Shown here: piece after piece, positions 12,315 to 23,840 of the stretch
How positions within the stretch are numbered: the first letter of the stretch is position 1
Layout of the letters: each line of letters opens with the position of its first letter
Origin: Macrostomum lignano
Taxonomy: Eukaryota
Length of the DNA: 64,000 nt
Assembly: GCA_002269645.1 (NCBI GenBank)
Contig: NIVC01002477.1
Span: 1-64,000 of the forward strand
Reading direction: 5' to 3'
Made by a program: the position numbers and the translations under genes
Notes under the pieces: model-generated
Databases searched by the model: none
Told to the model about the DNA's origin: nothing
What the model saw: only the letters and a program-made list of their open reading frames with translations

Positions 12315-12720
12315 TATTGGTGTATTAGATTACGAGCGTATTAGTGTCTTTGTTTATTTGTGTATTAGTGTGTTAGCGTATTGGTGTATTAGATTACGAG
12401 CGTATTAGTGTCTTTGTTTATTAGTGTATTAGTGTGTTAGCGTATTGGTTATTAGATTATTAGTGTCTTAGTTTATTAGTTTATTAGTGTGTTAGTGTAA
12501 TTAATTCATTTGTGTATTAGTATATTAGTACATTAGCGTATTAGTATATAAGTATATAAGTATATTATTGTTTTAGTTGATTAGTATATTAGTGTACTAG
12601 TGTATTAGTGTACTAGTGTATTAGTGTACTAGTGTATTAGTGTACTAGTGTATTAGTGTACTAGTGTATTAGTGTATTAGTGTAGTACTGTATTAGTATA
12701 TTAGTGTATATTAGTGCAAT
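12315..12720. repeat. Degenerate TAGTG(T)AT / TAGTGTATTAGTGTAC low-complexity array
   Basis: Direct inspection. Confidence 0.85.
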
Positions 12721-12914
12721 TAGCTCAATTAAGTGTATAATTTATTTAGGCTTCTAAAATGAGACCCGACAAAGTTTTTGTAGATACAAAACAAGCCTTG
12801 CAAATCTAAAGCGCGCAAAACTGAAAAACAGCTCGAAGTACTTGGATTCGCTGAGGATACGAAGTTTTGCACTCTTAGCACACACGCTCACACAGTAGTG
12901 CATTAGTGGGGTCG

Positions 12915-13488
12915 CCATCATAAACCCGAAATATCATAACACCGATAACCGAAATAGTGTCATGGACATTGCTAGAACTTTCTGAGTTATAATATTTCGG
13001 GTTTAGGATATTTCGGTTTGTGATATTTCGGGTTTATGATATTTCGGGTGTATGATATTTCGGGTTTTTGATACTTCGGGTTTATGATATTTCGGGTTTA
13101 TGATATTTCGGGTGTATGATATTTCGGGTTTTTGATACTTCGGGTTTATGATATTTTGGGTTTATGATATTTCGGTTTATTATATTTCGGGTTTATGATA
13201 TTTCGTGTTTATGATATTTCGAGTTTATGATATTTCGGGTGTATGATATTTCGGGTGTATGATATTTCGGGTTTATGATATTTCGGGTTTATGATATTTC
13301 GGGTTTATGATATTTCGGGTTTATGATATTTCGGGTGTATGATATTTCGGGTTTTTGATATTTCGGGTTTATGATATTTTGGGTTTATGATATTTCGGTT
13401 GATTATATTTCGGGTTTATGATATTTCGTGTTTATGATATTTCGGGTGTATGATGTTTCGGGTGTATGATATTTCGGGTTTATGATGG
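12915..13488. mobile_element. Foldback/MITE-like element with a perfect 24-bp TIR; right arm expanded into about 30 copies of a 16-bp unit (TTTATGATATTTCGGG)
   Basis: CCATCATAAACCCGAAATATCATA (12915-12938) is the exact reverse complement of 13465-13488; no TSD recognised. Confidence 0.75.
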
Positions 13489-14194
13489 AAAGCGCTTTTC
13501 GGGATTGTGATGCCCCCCCCTCCCTGAAATGGGGTTGGCCCTCTGGGATGAGAATTTCCCAAAATGAAATGTGACCACGCGCGCGGAATGGAACCAGGGG
13601 ACAACGTAATTGTTCACCTTTGAGCTGCCGATGTTTTCCACTTTTAGCTGGTCTTTACCAAAGTTGGCATAGTAATGTGTGCAAGACTCCCAGTGCTTGC
13701 AGAAATTTTTCCACTTGACTGACCAGCTGACCACTTTGACCTTCTCTAGTCAACCTTCTCTGCTGCCCAAAACAAACTATGCAGGCCTACCGTGGCTTAA
13801 GTGAAAGAGGAACCTAAATATAGCCAAGATAAACGTTTTTTCTTTTGCAGAAAGTATACTGTGTTGAGCTTTCGTGAGCTAATATAATTACTAAGTATAG
13901 CTTAAATAAAGATATGGACAATGCAGGAAACTTTTAAGGACTACGAGTGTACAGGAAATCTTACATCATGTATTGCAAATACTTTAACAAAAATATAAAG
14001 TACAGATGGCAGTTGTCAAGGATGGTCAATGCTTTAAATAGTACGTTTTTAACTTTGCTTTGAGGAACCGGATGAAAAACCTGAACGATACTATGAAATA
14101 CAAAATGGCAAAATTGTGTATTGCTGGAGCCAAACTACATTAACAAACATTAACAAAATATCTGGAATGGCACGTTCAAGATCCGGATTTGCTC

Positions 14195-14408
14195 ATTCAC
14201 GATCCGATCCTAAATTGCCATTCACGATCCTAGATTGCCATTCACGATCCTAGATTTCCATTCACGATCCTAGATTTCCATTCACGATCCTAAATTGCCA
14301 TTCACGATCCTAGATTGCCATTCACGATCCTAGATTTCCATTCACGATCCTAAATTGCTCATTCACAATCCTAAAATTTCATTCACGATCCTAGATTGCC
14401 ATTCACGA
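14195..14408. repeat. 20-bp tandem repeat TTCACGATCCTAGATTGCCA, about 10 copies
   Basis: Direct inspection; ends about 50 bp downstream of the ptf1a stop codon. Confidence 0.92.
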
Positions 14409-14458
14409 TTAAGTCTTTCAATACAAATAATTTTCTAACGCGCATAAAAAATGAGGCA

Positions 14459-17400
14459 TCACTGCTGCTGCGACTCCAAAAAAGTGTTTCCAATTCCATC
14501 AGTCAGCCAGTCGCCGTCGCCGCACGTTTCACCGACGGCAAGGACGCACGGCGTCCAAAGCGTCGCTCGGACGCGACGACCACGACGTCGACGCAAGCGC
14601 CGCTGGCGTTGAGCATTTGAGTGCTGTTGCTGCTGCTGCTGCTGCCTCTCCTCTTGCTGCTGATGAAGCAGAAACTCGTCCATGAGAGCGTCCGCGGCGC
14701 CGCGTCCTCCACCATCCAGTAGTTGCTGTTCGACGTCCTCAGCCTCGTCCTCGTCGGTGTCCACGGTGGGGCACCGGATTCGACACTCCGGATCGAGCGC
14801 CTGCCGCTCGTCTCGCCAGGCCAGGGAGTGGCCCCACACCTGCAGGCCGGGACTCTGGGCTGCCGCAGATTCAGCCGCCCAGCAGGGGCTGGCGAGGACA
14901 CGGGTTCGAATCTCCGATTGAGGCGTCGAGGTTGCGTCGAGCGAACCGGCTGAGGCTGTATCGGAATGACAGAATGAGATTCTGAATGAATGAGAGCGAG
15001 TCACTCTTTAACAGCTATTCGTATCACTTTCCGCTCGCTCATCCACCCTCTCACCTTCTCCCCATCTCACACTCTCCCCATCTCACCCTCTCCCCATCTC
15101 ACCCTCTGCCCATCTCACCCCCTCCCCATCTCACCCTCTCCCCATCTCACCCTCTCCCCATCTCACCCCCTCCCCATCTCACCCTCTCCCCATCTCACCC
15201 CCTCCCCATCTCACCCTCTCCCCATCTCACCCCCTCCCCATCTCACCCTCTCCCCATCTCACCCCCTCCCCATCTTACCATCTCCCCATCTCACCCCTCC
15301 CCATCTCACCCCTCCCCATCTCACCCTCTCCCATCTCACCCCCTCCCCATCTCACCCTCTCCCCATCTCACCCCCCCCCATCTCACCCTCTCCCCATCTC
15401 ACCCCCTCCCCATCTCACCATCTCCCATCTCACCCCCTCCCCATCTCACCCCTCCCCATCTCACCCTCTCCCCATCTCACCCCCTCCCCATCTCACCCTC
15501 TCCCCATCTCACCCCCTCCCCATCTCACCCTCTCCCCATCTCACCCCCTCCCCATCTCACCCTCTCCCATCTCACCCCCTCCCCATCTCACCATCTCCCC
15601 ATCTCACCCCCTCCCCATCTCACCCTCTCCCCATCTCACCCCCTCCCCATCTCACCATCTCCCCATCTCACCCCTCCCCATCTCACCCCCTCCCCATCTC
15701 ACCCTCTCCCCATCTCACCATCTCCCCATCTCACCATCTCACACTCTCCCCATCTCACCCTCTCCCCATCTCACCCCTCCCCATCTCACACTCTCCCCAT
15801 CTCACCATCTCCCCATCTCACCATCTCACACTCTCCCCATCTCACACTCTCCCCATCTCACACTCTCCCCATCTCCCCATCTCACACTCTCCCCATCTCA
15901 CACTCTCCCCATCTCCCCATCTCACACTCTCCCCATCTCCCCATCTCACACTCTCCCCATCTCACACTCTCCCCATCTCACACTCTCCCCATCTCCCCAT
16001 CTCACCATCTCCCCATCTCACCCTCTCCCCATCTCACACTCTCCCCATCTCCCCATCTCCCCATCTCACCCTCTCCCCATCTCACCCCCTCCCCATCTCA
16101 CCCTCTCCCCATCTCACCCCCTCCCCATCTCACCCTCTCCCCATCTCACCCCTCCCCATCTCACCCCTCCCCATCTCACCCCCTCCCCATCTCACCCTCT
16201 CCCCATCTCACCCCCTCCCCATCTCACCCTCTCCCCATCTCACCCCCTCCCCATCTCACCATCTCCCCATCTCACCCCCTCCCCATCTCACCCTCTCCCC
16301 ATCTCACCCCTCCCCATCTCACCATCTCCCCATCTCACCCCCTCCCCATCTCACCCCCTCCCCATCTCACCCTCTCCCATCTCACCATCTCCCCATCTCA
16401 CCATCTCACACTCTCCCCATCTCACCCTCTCCCCATCTCACCCCCTCCCCATCTCACACTCTCCCCATCTCACCATCTCCCCATCTCACCATCTCACACT
16501 CTCCCCATCTCACACTCTCCCCATCTCACACTCTCCCCATCTCCCCATCTCACACTCTCCCCATCTCACACTCTCCCCATCTCCCCATCTCACACTCTCC
16601 CCATCTCCCCATCTCACACTCTCCCCATCTCACACTCTCCCCATCTCACACTCTCCCCATCTCCCCATCTCACCATCTCCCCATCTCACCCTCTCCCCAT
16701 CTCACACTCTCCCCATCTCCCCATCTCCCCATCTCCCCATCTCACCATCTCCCCATCTCACCATCTCACACTCTCCCCATCTCACACTCTCCCCATCTCA
16801 CACTCTCCCCATCTCACACTCTCCCCATCTCACACTCTCCCCATCTCCCCATCTCACACTCTCCCCATCTCACACTCTCCCCATCTCACACTCTCCCCAT
16901 CTCACACTCTCCCCATCTCACACTCTCCCCATCTCCCCATCTCACCCCCTCCCCATCTCACCCTCTCCCCATCTCACACTCTCCCCATCTCCCCATCTCA
17001 CCATCTCCCCATCTCACCATCTCCCCATCTCACCCTCTCCCCATCTCACCCTCTCCCCATCTCACCCTCTCCCCATCTCCCCATCTCACCATCTCCCCAT
17101 CTCACCATCTCCCCATCTCACCCTCTCCCCATCTCCCCATCTCACCATCTCCCCATCTCACCCTCTCTCACCCTCTCCCCATCTCACCCTCTCCCCATCT
17201 CACCCTCTCCCCATCTCACACTCTCCCTATCTCACTCTCTCACCGTCGCACCCTCTCTCACTCTGTCATAACCTCTAATCTATTCTTCAATCAATCATAT
17301 TTTCCTATAAAACCCAACAAATACGGTTTTATAGATAGCCCTTGAAACTATTAATGTAGGGACCCGAGCCGATTTTAAGACACCTAAAAATTTATATATC

Positions 17401-19057
17401 CACACGAAGAATCACGGAGCTCTTAGGAGGGAGGCCCAGTCAATCATGCTGAGAGATAATTACTAATGTTCAATTTACACCCCTATATATAGAGAATAGC
17501 CTATATATGAGTCAACACAGTTATAACAATCTCACCAAGAAAGACTTAAGAGTTAAAATCCTCATTCAATAAACATCCTATACTCAAAGCTGCACATCCT
17601 TTAAATATCTGAAAATCCGAATTTCGAATAATAAGTGCCTGTGTCTATTAGCTGACTTCCTAAAATCCTTTAATCTAACAAGACTCAAGCTTAGCTCAAC
17701 ACACACACAGTTCTGCAGCTTGGATTCAATCTGTGTCTGAAACTCTCGGAAGGTTTCTTACATACTCGTATAGATTTATACAACTGAATTATTTGATTTT
17801 GGGCACGTGTCTCACAGAGACAGGCGACGTGAATCTATTTATTCATTTATGGCTACTCATGCTGGACTGCTTGGCGCCTCATTTGACTCATCCTGCTTGC
17901 TTGGCGCCTCACTTGACTCATCCTGCTTGCTTGGCGCCTCATTTGACTCATCCTGCTTACTTGGCGCCTCATTTGACTCATCCTGCTTGCTTGGCGCCTC
18001 ATTTGACTCATCCTGCTTGGCGCCTCATTTGACTCATCCTGCATGCTTGGCGCCTCATTTGACTCATCCTGCATGCTTGGCGCCTCATTTGACTCATCCT
18101 GCATGCTTGGCGCCTCATTTGACTCATCCTGCATGCTTGGCGCCTCATTTGACTCATCCTGCTTGGCGCCTCATTTGACTCATCCTGCTTGGCGCCTGAT
18201 TCACGACTAACCTGACCAAAGCTACAGTTCAAATCAAGCTTAGCAGCTTCTTTTCAGTAAAATACGCAGGCAAAATGCCTTATAACAATGCAGAACTCAC
18301 AATTGCCGTTGCTATCGTTGCACTGCAGCTGCTGAAGTCCTTCATCATCTCCATGAGGTACAGCAGCACTATGACAGAGCAGTATCACTTTAGCCGGCTT
18401 CCGACTATTCAAATGCGGGTTGGCTCGAGCTTCGCTGGCCTCCAGTTCGCGCAGCACCTCCGCCAGATTCTTTATGTACTGGATGGCGTACTTCAGCGTC
18501 TCCACTTTGGACAGCTTCCGATCCTCCTTCTGCTCGATCGGCAGTCGGCGTCGGAGACCGTCGAAAGCGGCATTTATTGAGCGCATTCGTTTGCGCTCGC
18601 GCTGATTGGCCGCTCGGCGTTGGTGGATCCGACGGGAGCGGGCGTCCGTCATCTGCCTGCGATGCGGCCGCTGCTGCTGACGGTCCTGCGGCGCGGCTGC
18701 CTTGATACACTTTGCGCTATCCTTGATTGATGCCTGCCACTCGATCGGCTGATCCAGATCGATGCTTGGATAGACTGCTTGATGCTGAGCCATCGGATGC
18801 TGGGAAATGTACTCAACAAACTGATGCTGATTCTGGTCGGTAAAGTTTGAGAACTGCTCAATAGGATAGCCGCAGGATTGATGATGCTGATTGACAGGCA
18901 TTTGAAACTCTGTTGGGTAGTATGGGGCTTCTGTGTGGAATAGCGATTCGCCCACTGCGCTCCAGTGCTGCTGCTGGTTGTGAAGTTCCATGCTATAGCA
19001 GGGCTTCGGCTCGGCTCTGGTTCTCGGACAAGTTCCCGTTTGGTTGAGTAAGTTCAT
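14459..19057 (-). CDS. ptf1a: Pancreas transcription factor 1a / Fer1-type bHLH protein, 417 aa; exons 19057-18301 and 14955-14459
   Basis: bHLH QRRAANQRERKRMRSINAAFDGLRRRLP...LSKVETLKYAIQYI, then KVILLCH (cf. PTF1A KVIICH). Donor T|GTGAGT at 18301 and acceptor ACAG|CC at 14955 are both phase 1. Exon 2 carries GHSLAWRDERQ (C1, cf. GHSLSWTDEKQ) and ATLWTP (C2, cf. AKVWTP). Confidence 0.92.
15050..17235. repeat. 2.2-kb pyrimidine-rich minisatellite (CCCCATCT / CACCCTCT / CACACTCT subunits) in the ptf1a intron
   Basis: Direct inspection; source of the spurious 761/762-aa ORFs. Confidence 0.96.
17868..18197. repeat. 30/26-bp minisatellite CTTGGCGCCTCATTTGACTCATCCTGC(ATG), 11 copies, in the ptf1a intron
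   Basis: Direct inspection; each unit carries TGACTCA. Confidence 0.95.
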
Positions 19058-19477
19058 TTAAATCGAGCGCGTGAGAAGGGGCTGGTCTGAACGGTCATTG
19101 GCGGAGGCGATGCGGCGGGCACTAGCTAATTGGTTGAGAGATTGAGTAGTCGGGAGGGAGGGGATGCTCGTGTATTTGTTAAATTCCACTACTGCGAGCT
19201 AAAAAGGATAACCTATCTTCATTCTCATTAATCAATTCTATATACTAAGACTGACACACTGACTGAAGGATAAAGTAGCGCGGTTGATAACGTCTAAGGA
19301 TAACGTAGTCTAAGCTTGTGTTTTTTCAATAACAAAATTTTTTTCTTTTTTTAACAAACATTAAATTTAAAAACGTATGTATAGAAAACTGTAATTTTAC
19401 GTTAACTTAACTAACTGTGGCACTTCAAACAGTTACATGTACCTGTTCTTAATGATCAGGGATACAGGAGGCAATAC

Positions 19478-20003
19478 AGAGGACAGAGGACAGAGGACAG
19501 AGGACAGAGGACAGAGGAAAAAGGACAAAGGACAGAGGACAGAAGACATAGGACAGAGGACAGAGGACAGAGGACAGAGGACAGAGGACAGAGGACAGAG
19601 GACAGAGGACAGAGGACAGAGGACAGAGGACAGAGGACAAGAGGACACAGAGGACAGAGGACAGAGGACAGAGGACAGAGGACAGAGGACAGAGGACAGA
19701 GGACAGAGGACAGAGGACAGAGGACAAGAGGACACAGAGGACAGAGGACAGAGGACAGAGGACAGAGGACAGAGGACAGAGGACAGAGGACAGAGGACAG
19801 AGGACAGAGGACAGAGGACAGAGGACAGAATACAGAAGACAGAAGACAGAGGACAGAGGACAGAGGACAGAGGACAGAGGACAGAGGACAGAGGACAGAG
19901 GACAGAGGACAGAGGACAGAGGACAGAGGACAGAGGACAGAGGACAGAGGACAGAAGACAGAAGACAGAAGACAGAGGACAGAGGACAGAGGACAGAGGA
20001 CAG
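19478..20003. repeat. (GAGGACA)n heptamer array, about 75 copies, about 420 bp upstream of the ptf1a ATG
   Basis: Direct inspection. Confidence 0.97.
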
Positions 20004-20681
20004 AGGTTGAACACAAAGTTTCTCAGAATGAGTTAAAATTTCAATCTTGAATTCCTTCTGTTAAATATGAGCTCAGTAAATTCAAACATCATTATAAATC
20101 ACTAGAATAGAAAGAGAATATCCAGGACACGCTCCATCAACCGGTTCCCTTATCCCAGTCGCCAGCCAAGTGCCACCTGCAAGAATCGATCAACCGCGTC
20201 CTGAGCTCAGAAATCAACGGTTTTGAAGTCTCTGCTGTGAACTATATGAAAGCAACTTTGATGGCATTTTGAAATTTTTGATGCAGTCTTACCTAGCTAC
20301 ACAGTCAGTGCAACAGTCTGAAATTGAGATAAGAATTGTATATACTATGGAGAGGATGAACTGTGGAATACAGACTCTTACACATCCTTAACAGATAAAG
20401 CTATTTATTGTGGGACTTGCATGGACGGTGCGGTGCGTGCGTGCGGTTCAATGTTTAATCATGCGCATAGGGGGGTGCTCTTTCTGTTTTAATAGCGCTG
20501 CCCACGTGCGCCAATCAGTTCGGCCCCGTGTGCCAGGCTCGCGAGAGTCTCGGTGAGAATTCTGTAAAGATCTTATAGTCCTGATTCTCCTTCAGGCTGC
20601 GCCCCTCACCCCATCCCTCAAGGTTTACGCAGGTAACCAAGCCTGCGTGTTGGCAGGAGGAGCTCAACTTATGCTTGAGAT

Positions 20682-21955
20682 TGGCGCCCAACAAGAGACA
20701 GTGAGAGAGTGGCGCCCAACAAGAGACAGTGAGAGAGTGGCGCCCAACAAGAGACAGTGAGAGAGTGGCGCCCAACAAGAGACAGTGAGACAGTGGCGCC
20801 CAACAAGAGACAGTGAGACAGTGGCGCCCAACAAGAGACAGTGAGACAGTGGCGCCCAACAAGAGACAGTGAGAGAGTGGCGCCCAACAAGAGACAGTGA
20901 GAGAGTGGCGCCCAACAAGAGACAGTGAGAGAGTGGCGCCCAACAAAAGACAGTGAGAGAGTGGCGCCCAACAAGAGACAGTGAGAGAGTGGCGCCCAAC
21001 AAGAGACAGTGAGAGAGTGGCGCCCAACAAGAGACAGTGAGACAGTGGCGCCCAACAAGAGACAGGGAGAGAGTGGCGCCCAACAAGAGACAGTGAGAGA
21101 GTGGCGCCCAACAAGAGACAGTGAGAGAGTGGCGCCCAACAAGAGACAGTGAGAGAGTGGCGCCCAACAAGAGACAGTGAGAGAGTGGCGCCCAACAAGA
21201 GACAGTGAGAGAGTGGCGCCCAACAGCAACAAGAGACAGTGAGACAGTGGCGCCCAACAAGAGACAGTGAGAGAGTGGCGCCCAACAAAAGACAGGTGAG
21301 AAAGTGGCGCCCAACAAGAGACAGTGAGACAGTGGCGCCCAACAAAAGACAGTGAGAGAGTGGCGCCCAACAAGAGACAGTGAGAGAGTGGCGCCCAACA
21401 AGAGACAGTGAGAGAGTGGCGCCCAACAGCAACAAGAGACAGTGAGACAGTGGCGCCCAACAAGAGACAGGGAGAGAGTGGCGCCCAACAAGAGACAGGT
21501 GAGAGAGTGGCGCCCAACAAGAGACAGTGAGAGAGTGGCACCCAACAAGAGACAGGGAGAGAGTGGCGACCAACAGCAACAAGAGACAGTGAGACAGTGG
21601 CGCCCAACAAGAGACAGGTGAGAGAGTGGCGCCCAACAAGAGACAGTGAGAGAGTGGCGCCCAACAAGAGACAGTGAGAGAGTGGCGCCCAACAAGAGAC
21701 AGTGAGAGAGTGGCGCCCAACAAGAGACAGTGAGAGAGTGGCGCCCAACAAGAGACAGTGAGAGAGTGGCGACCAACAGCAACAAGAGACAGTGAGACAG
21801 TGGCGCCCAACAAGAGACAGTGAGAGAGTGGCGCCCAACAAGAGACAGGTGAGACAGTGGCGCCCAACAAGAGACAGGGAGAGAGTGGCGCCCAACAAGA
21901 GACAGGTGAGAGAGTGGCGCCCAACAAGAGACAGGTGAGACAGTGGCGCCTAACA
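20682..21955. repeat. 28-bp minisatellite TGGCGCCCAACAAGAGACAGTGAGAGAG, about 44 copies
   Basis: Direct inspection. Confidence 0.97.
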
Positions 21956-22090
21956 AGAGGGGGTCAGGACCCAGAAGAGGGGGTCAGGACCCAGAAGAGG
22001 GGGGCAGGACCCAGAAGAGGGGGTCAGGACCCAAAAGAGGGGGGCAGGACCCAGAAGAGGGGGTCAGGACCCAGAAGAGGGGGCAGGATC
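21953..22090. repeat. 20-bp tandem repeat AAGAGGGGG(T/G)CAGGACCCAG, about 6.5 copies, fused to the preceding array
   Basis: Direct inspection. Confidence 0.9.
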
Positions 22091-22511
22091 CTGAGGAATG
22101 CGTTGCTGAGCTGTATAAATTTTGAGCTTTTAAAGGTATTTATTTAGCATTTCTGACTGTGGTACTTCCAGTAGTAAATAGGCACACCTAAATTTGTGTG
22201 ATCGTTTCCAATTTCCCTATAGGTCCATATACTATACGTAAAGATCTTTAAACTTTCAGCTGATAGTAAGAAAAGAAATAACTTTTCAAATAAAGACAAG
22301 GATTATAAATTTCTACGCAGAATAAGTAAATTGCCAGTGCATTATCAACCGGCAGTGCTTCGCCCATAGAACACGGAGAAGGACTCAGAAAGTACTTAGA
22401 TTCTATAGCGCTGCATACAGCCTATTCATACTCAAAAGACTCTCGACAAAATAGTAATTAAATATAGCTGATCAGCAGAAACATCCTAAACTCGTTCAGC
22501 TTAAGTAACAT

Positions 22512-23840
22512 ATGCACGAGGATTCGAACATGGCTAGCAACTATCAGAAGCTCGAACACGTGCGGGCTCGCTACTCCAGGCTTCAGCACCAGCGCCAGCA
22601 CGTCGAGGAGCAGCAAACGCATGCTCAGCAGCAGAAGCAGCAAAAACAGCAGCAGCAGCAGCAACAACAGCAACAACAACAACAACAACAACAACAACAA
22701 AATCAGCAGCAACACCAGCAACTCAGTCGCAGTCGCGATCGCCGGTACCTTCTGCCTCCGCCACCGATCCGCAATCCTCTACTGGCTTCTCAGGACGTTG
22801 ATCATTCTTTGCGACGCTTGCAAAGGCAGCAGCACCAGTTCCAAGGCGCACATCTGCAGCAGAAGGAGCCGCAGCAGCCTCAGAATGAAGCTCAGCAGCC
22901 TGAGAGAGAACCTCAGCAGCCTCAAAAGGCAGCTCAGCAGCCTCAGACTCAGAAAGAGCCGCAGCAGCCCCAGAGTTCAGAGATGTTGCAGCGGTTTCTC
23001 GCCAGTCTCCCGTCGACGCCGCCGCCGCCTCTCAGACGGTCGCGCTCGCCGGCGCCCTGGTCGCAACGCCATCTCGCAACAAAGCTCGTCTCGCTGTCGC
23101 GGGCATCCCTCCTGGCTTTCCCTCCGACCACCAACACGGAGGCGGCGGCGCCCCCAGCCGACCAGGCCGCCTCACCCGACGTGGCGACGGATGCCGAGGC
23201 CAACTCGAGCAGCCTTGTGAGCTCCTCGTTCGACGCCGTGACCACGCTCGACGAGCCGACCGCGACCCGGCTAACGCCAGCTCCGCCTCCTGACCCGTCG
23301 CCGTCGCCTCGGCAGCACCGCCAGCAGCAGCCGTCGCTACGCCGGTCTCGTCACACCGCGCGGATTCGCAGCTCCTCGCTGGAGATCCGCTCGATGCCGA
23401 GCTCGCCGTGGCGGGAGCAGCAGCGCCAGCCGCAGCTCAGAGACAACCTCACAGCGCCGCCGGTGCCGAAGCCGAGGTCGCGAAACCACGCAGCCGACGG
23501 GCCGAGTCATCGCGGCCGGTCCAACTCGAACAGCCGGCAGCCGGTCGAGCAGCAGACTCCAGTCTGCCAGGTGTTCCGCGTGACAGACGCGTCTGACGTT
23601 TTCAGCTCTCTCGTGACCAGGGAGGATCGCCGGCTGTTGAAAGTCCTCAGCCACTTCAGCTGCCAGGCCGAGGTTCTGGAGACGCTGAAGCTGCCTCGGC
23701 GGTGTCGCGGGGCAATCGTCAGCATCAGCGGGCCAGACTGGCGGCGGCTGAGCTGGTGCGTTGACAGACTTCAGAGCCTCTTTCCCGAGTGGGAGCTCAA
23801 GTTTCAAATGCGCAGCTGCTGCAGAACCCGGCTTTGTTGA
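22512..23840 (+). CDS. Intronless 442-aa protein: polyQ and Pro/Ser/Arg-rich disordered region plus a C-terminal globular domain of about 90 aa (possible degenerate KH fold)
   Basis: Long ATG-initiated GC-rich ORF; CAG/CAA tract at about 22628-22715; non-repetitive C-terminus VCQVFRV...LVTREDRRLLKVLSHFSCQAEV...GAIVSISGPDWRRLSWCVDRLQSLFP. Confidence 0.7.
   Translation: MHEDSNMASNYQKLEHVRARYSRLQHQRQHVEEQQTHAQQQKQQKQQQQQQQQQQQQQQQQQQNQQQHQQLSRSRDRRYLLPPPPIRNPLLASQDVDHSLRRLQRQQHQFQGAHLQQKEPQQPQNEAQQPEREPQQPQKAAQQPQTQKEPQQPQSSEMLQRFLASLPSTPPPPLRRSRSPAPWSQRHLATKLVSLSRASLLAFPPTTNTEAAAPPADQAASPDVATDAEANSSSLVSSSFDAVTTLDEPTATRLTPAPPPDPSPSPRQHRQQQPSLRRSRHTARIRSSSLEIRSMPSSPWREQQRQPQLRDNLTAPPVPKPRSRNHAADGPSHRGRSNSNSRQPVEQQTPVCQVFRVTDASDVFSSLVTREDRRLLKVLSHFSCQAEVLETLKLPRRCRGAIVSISGPDWRRLSWCVDRLQSLFPEWELKFQMRSCCRTRLC

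Noticed and set aside
14986-17278. 761/762-aa His/Pro/Ser/Leu ORFs
   Set aside because: Translations of a pyrimidine-only minisatellite inside the ptf1a intron; the strand has almost no G and no TAA, so stops cannot occur.
18275-18861. Overlapping and antisense ORFs on ptf1a exon 1 (similarly on 22458-23807, 26556-27023, 34421-35503)
   Set aside because: Shadow ORFs of GC-rich coding sequence; the polyL and polyN frames mirror the polyQ tract.
19433-21956. Long ORFs such as TEDRGQR, SSVLCPL and VSCWAPLSH repeats
   Set aside because: Open in several frames on both strands because they translate 7-bp and 28-bp arrays; no coding signal.
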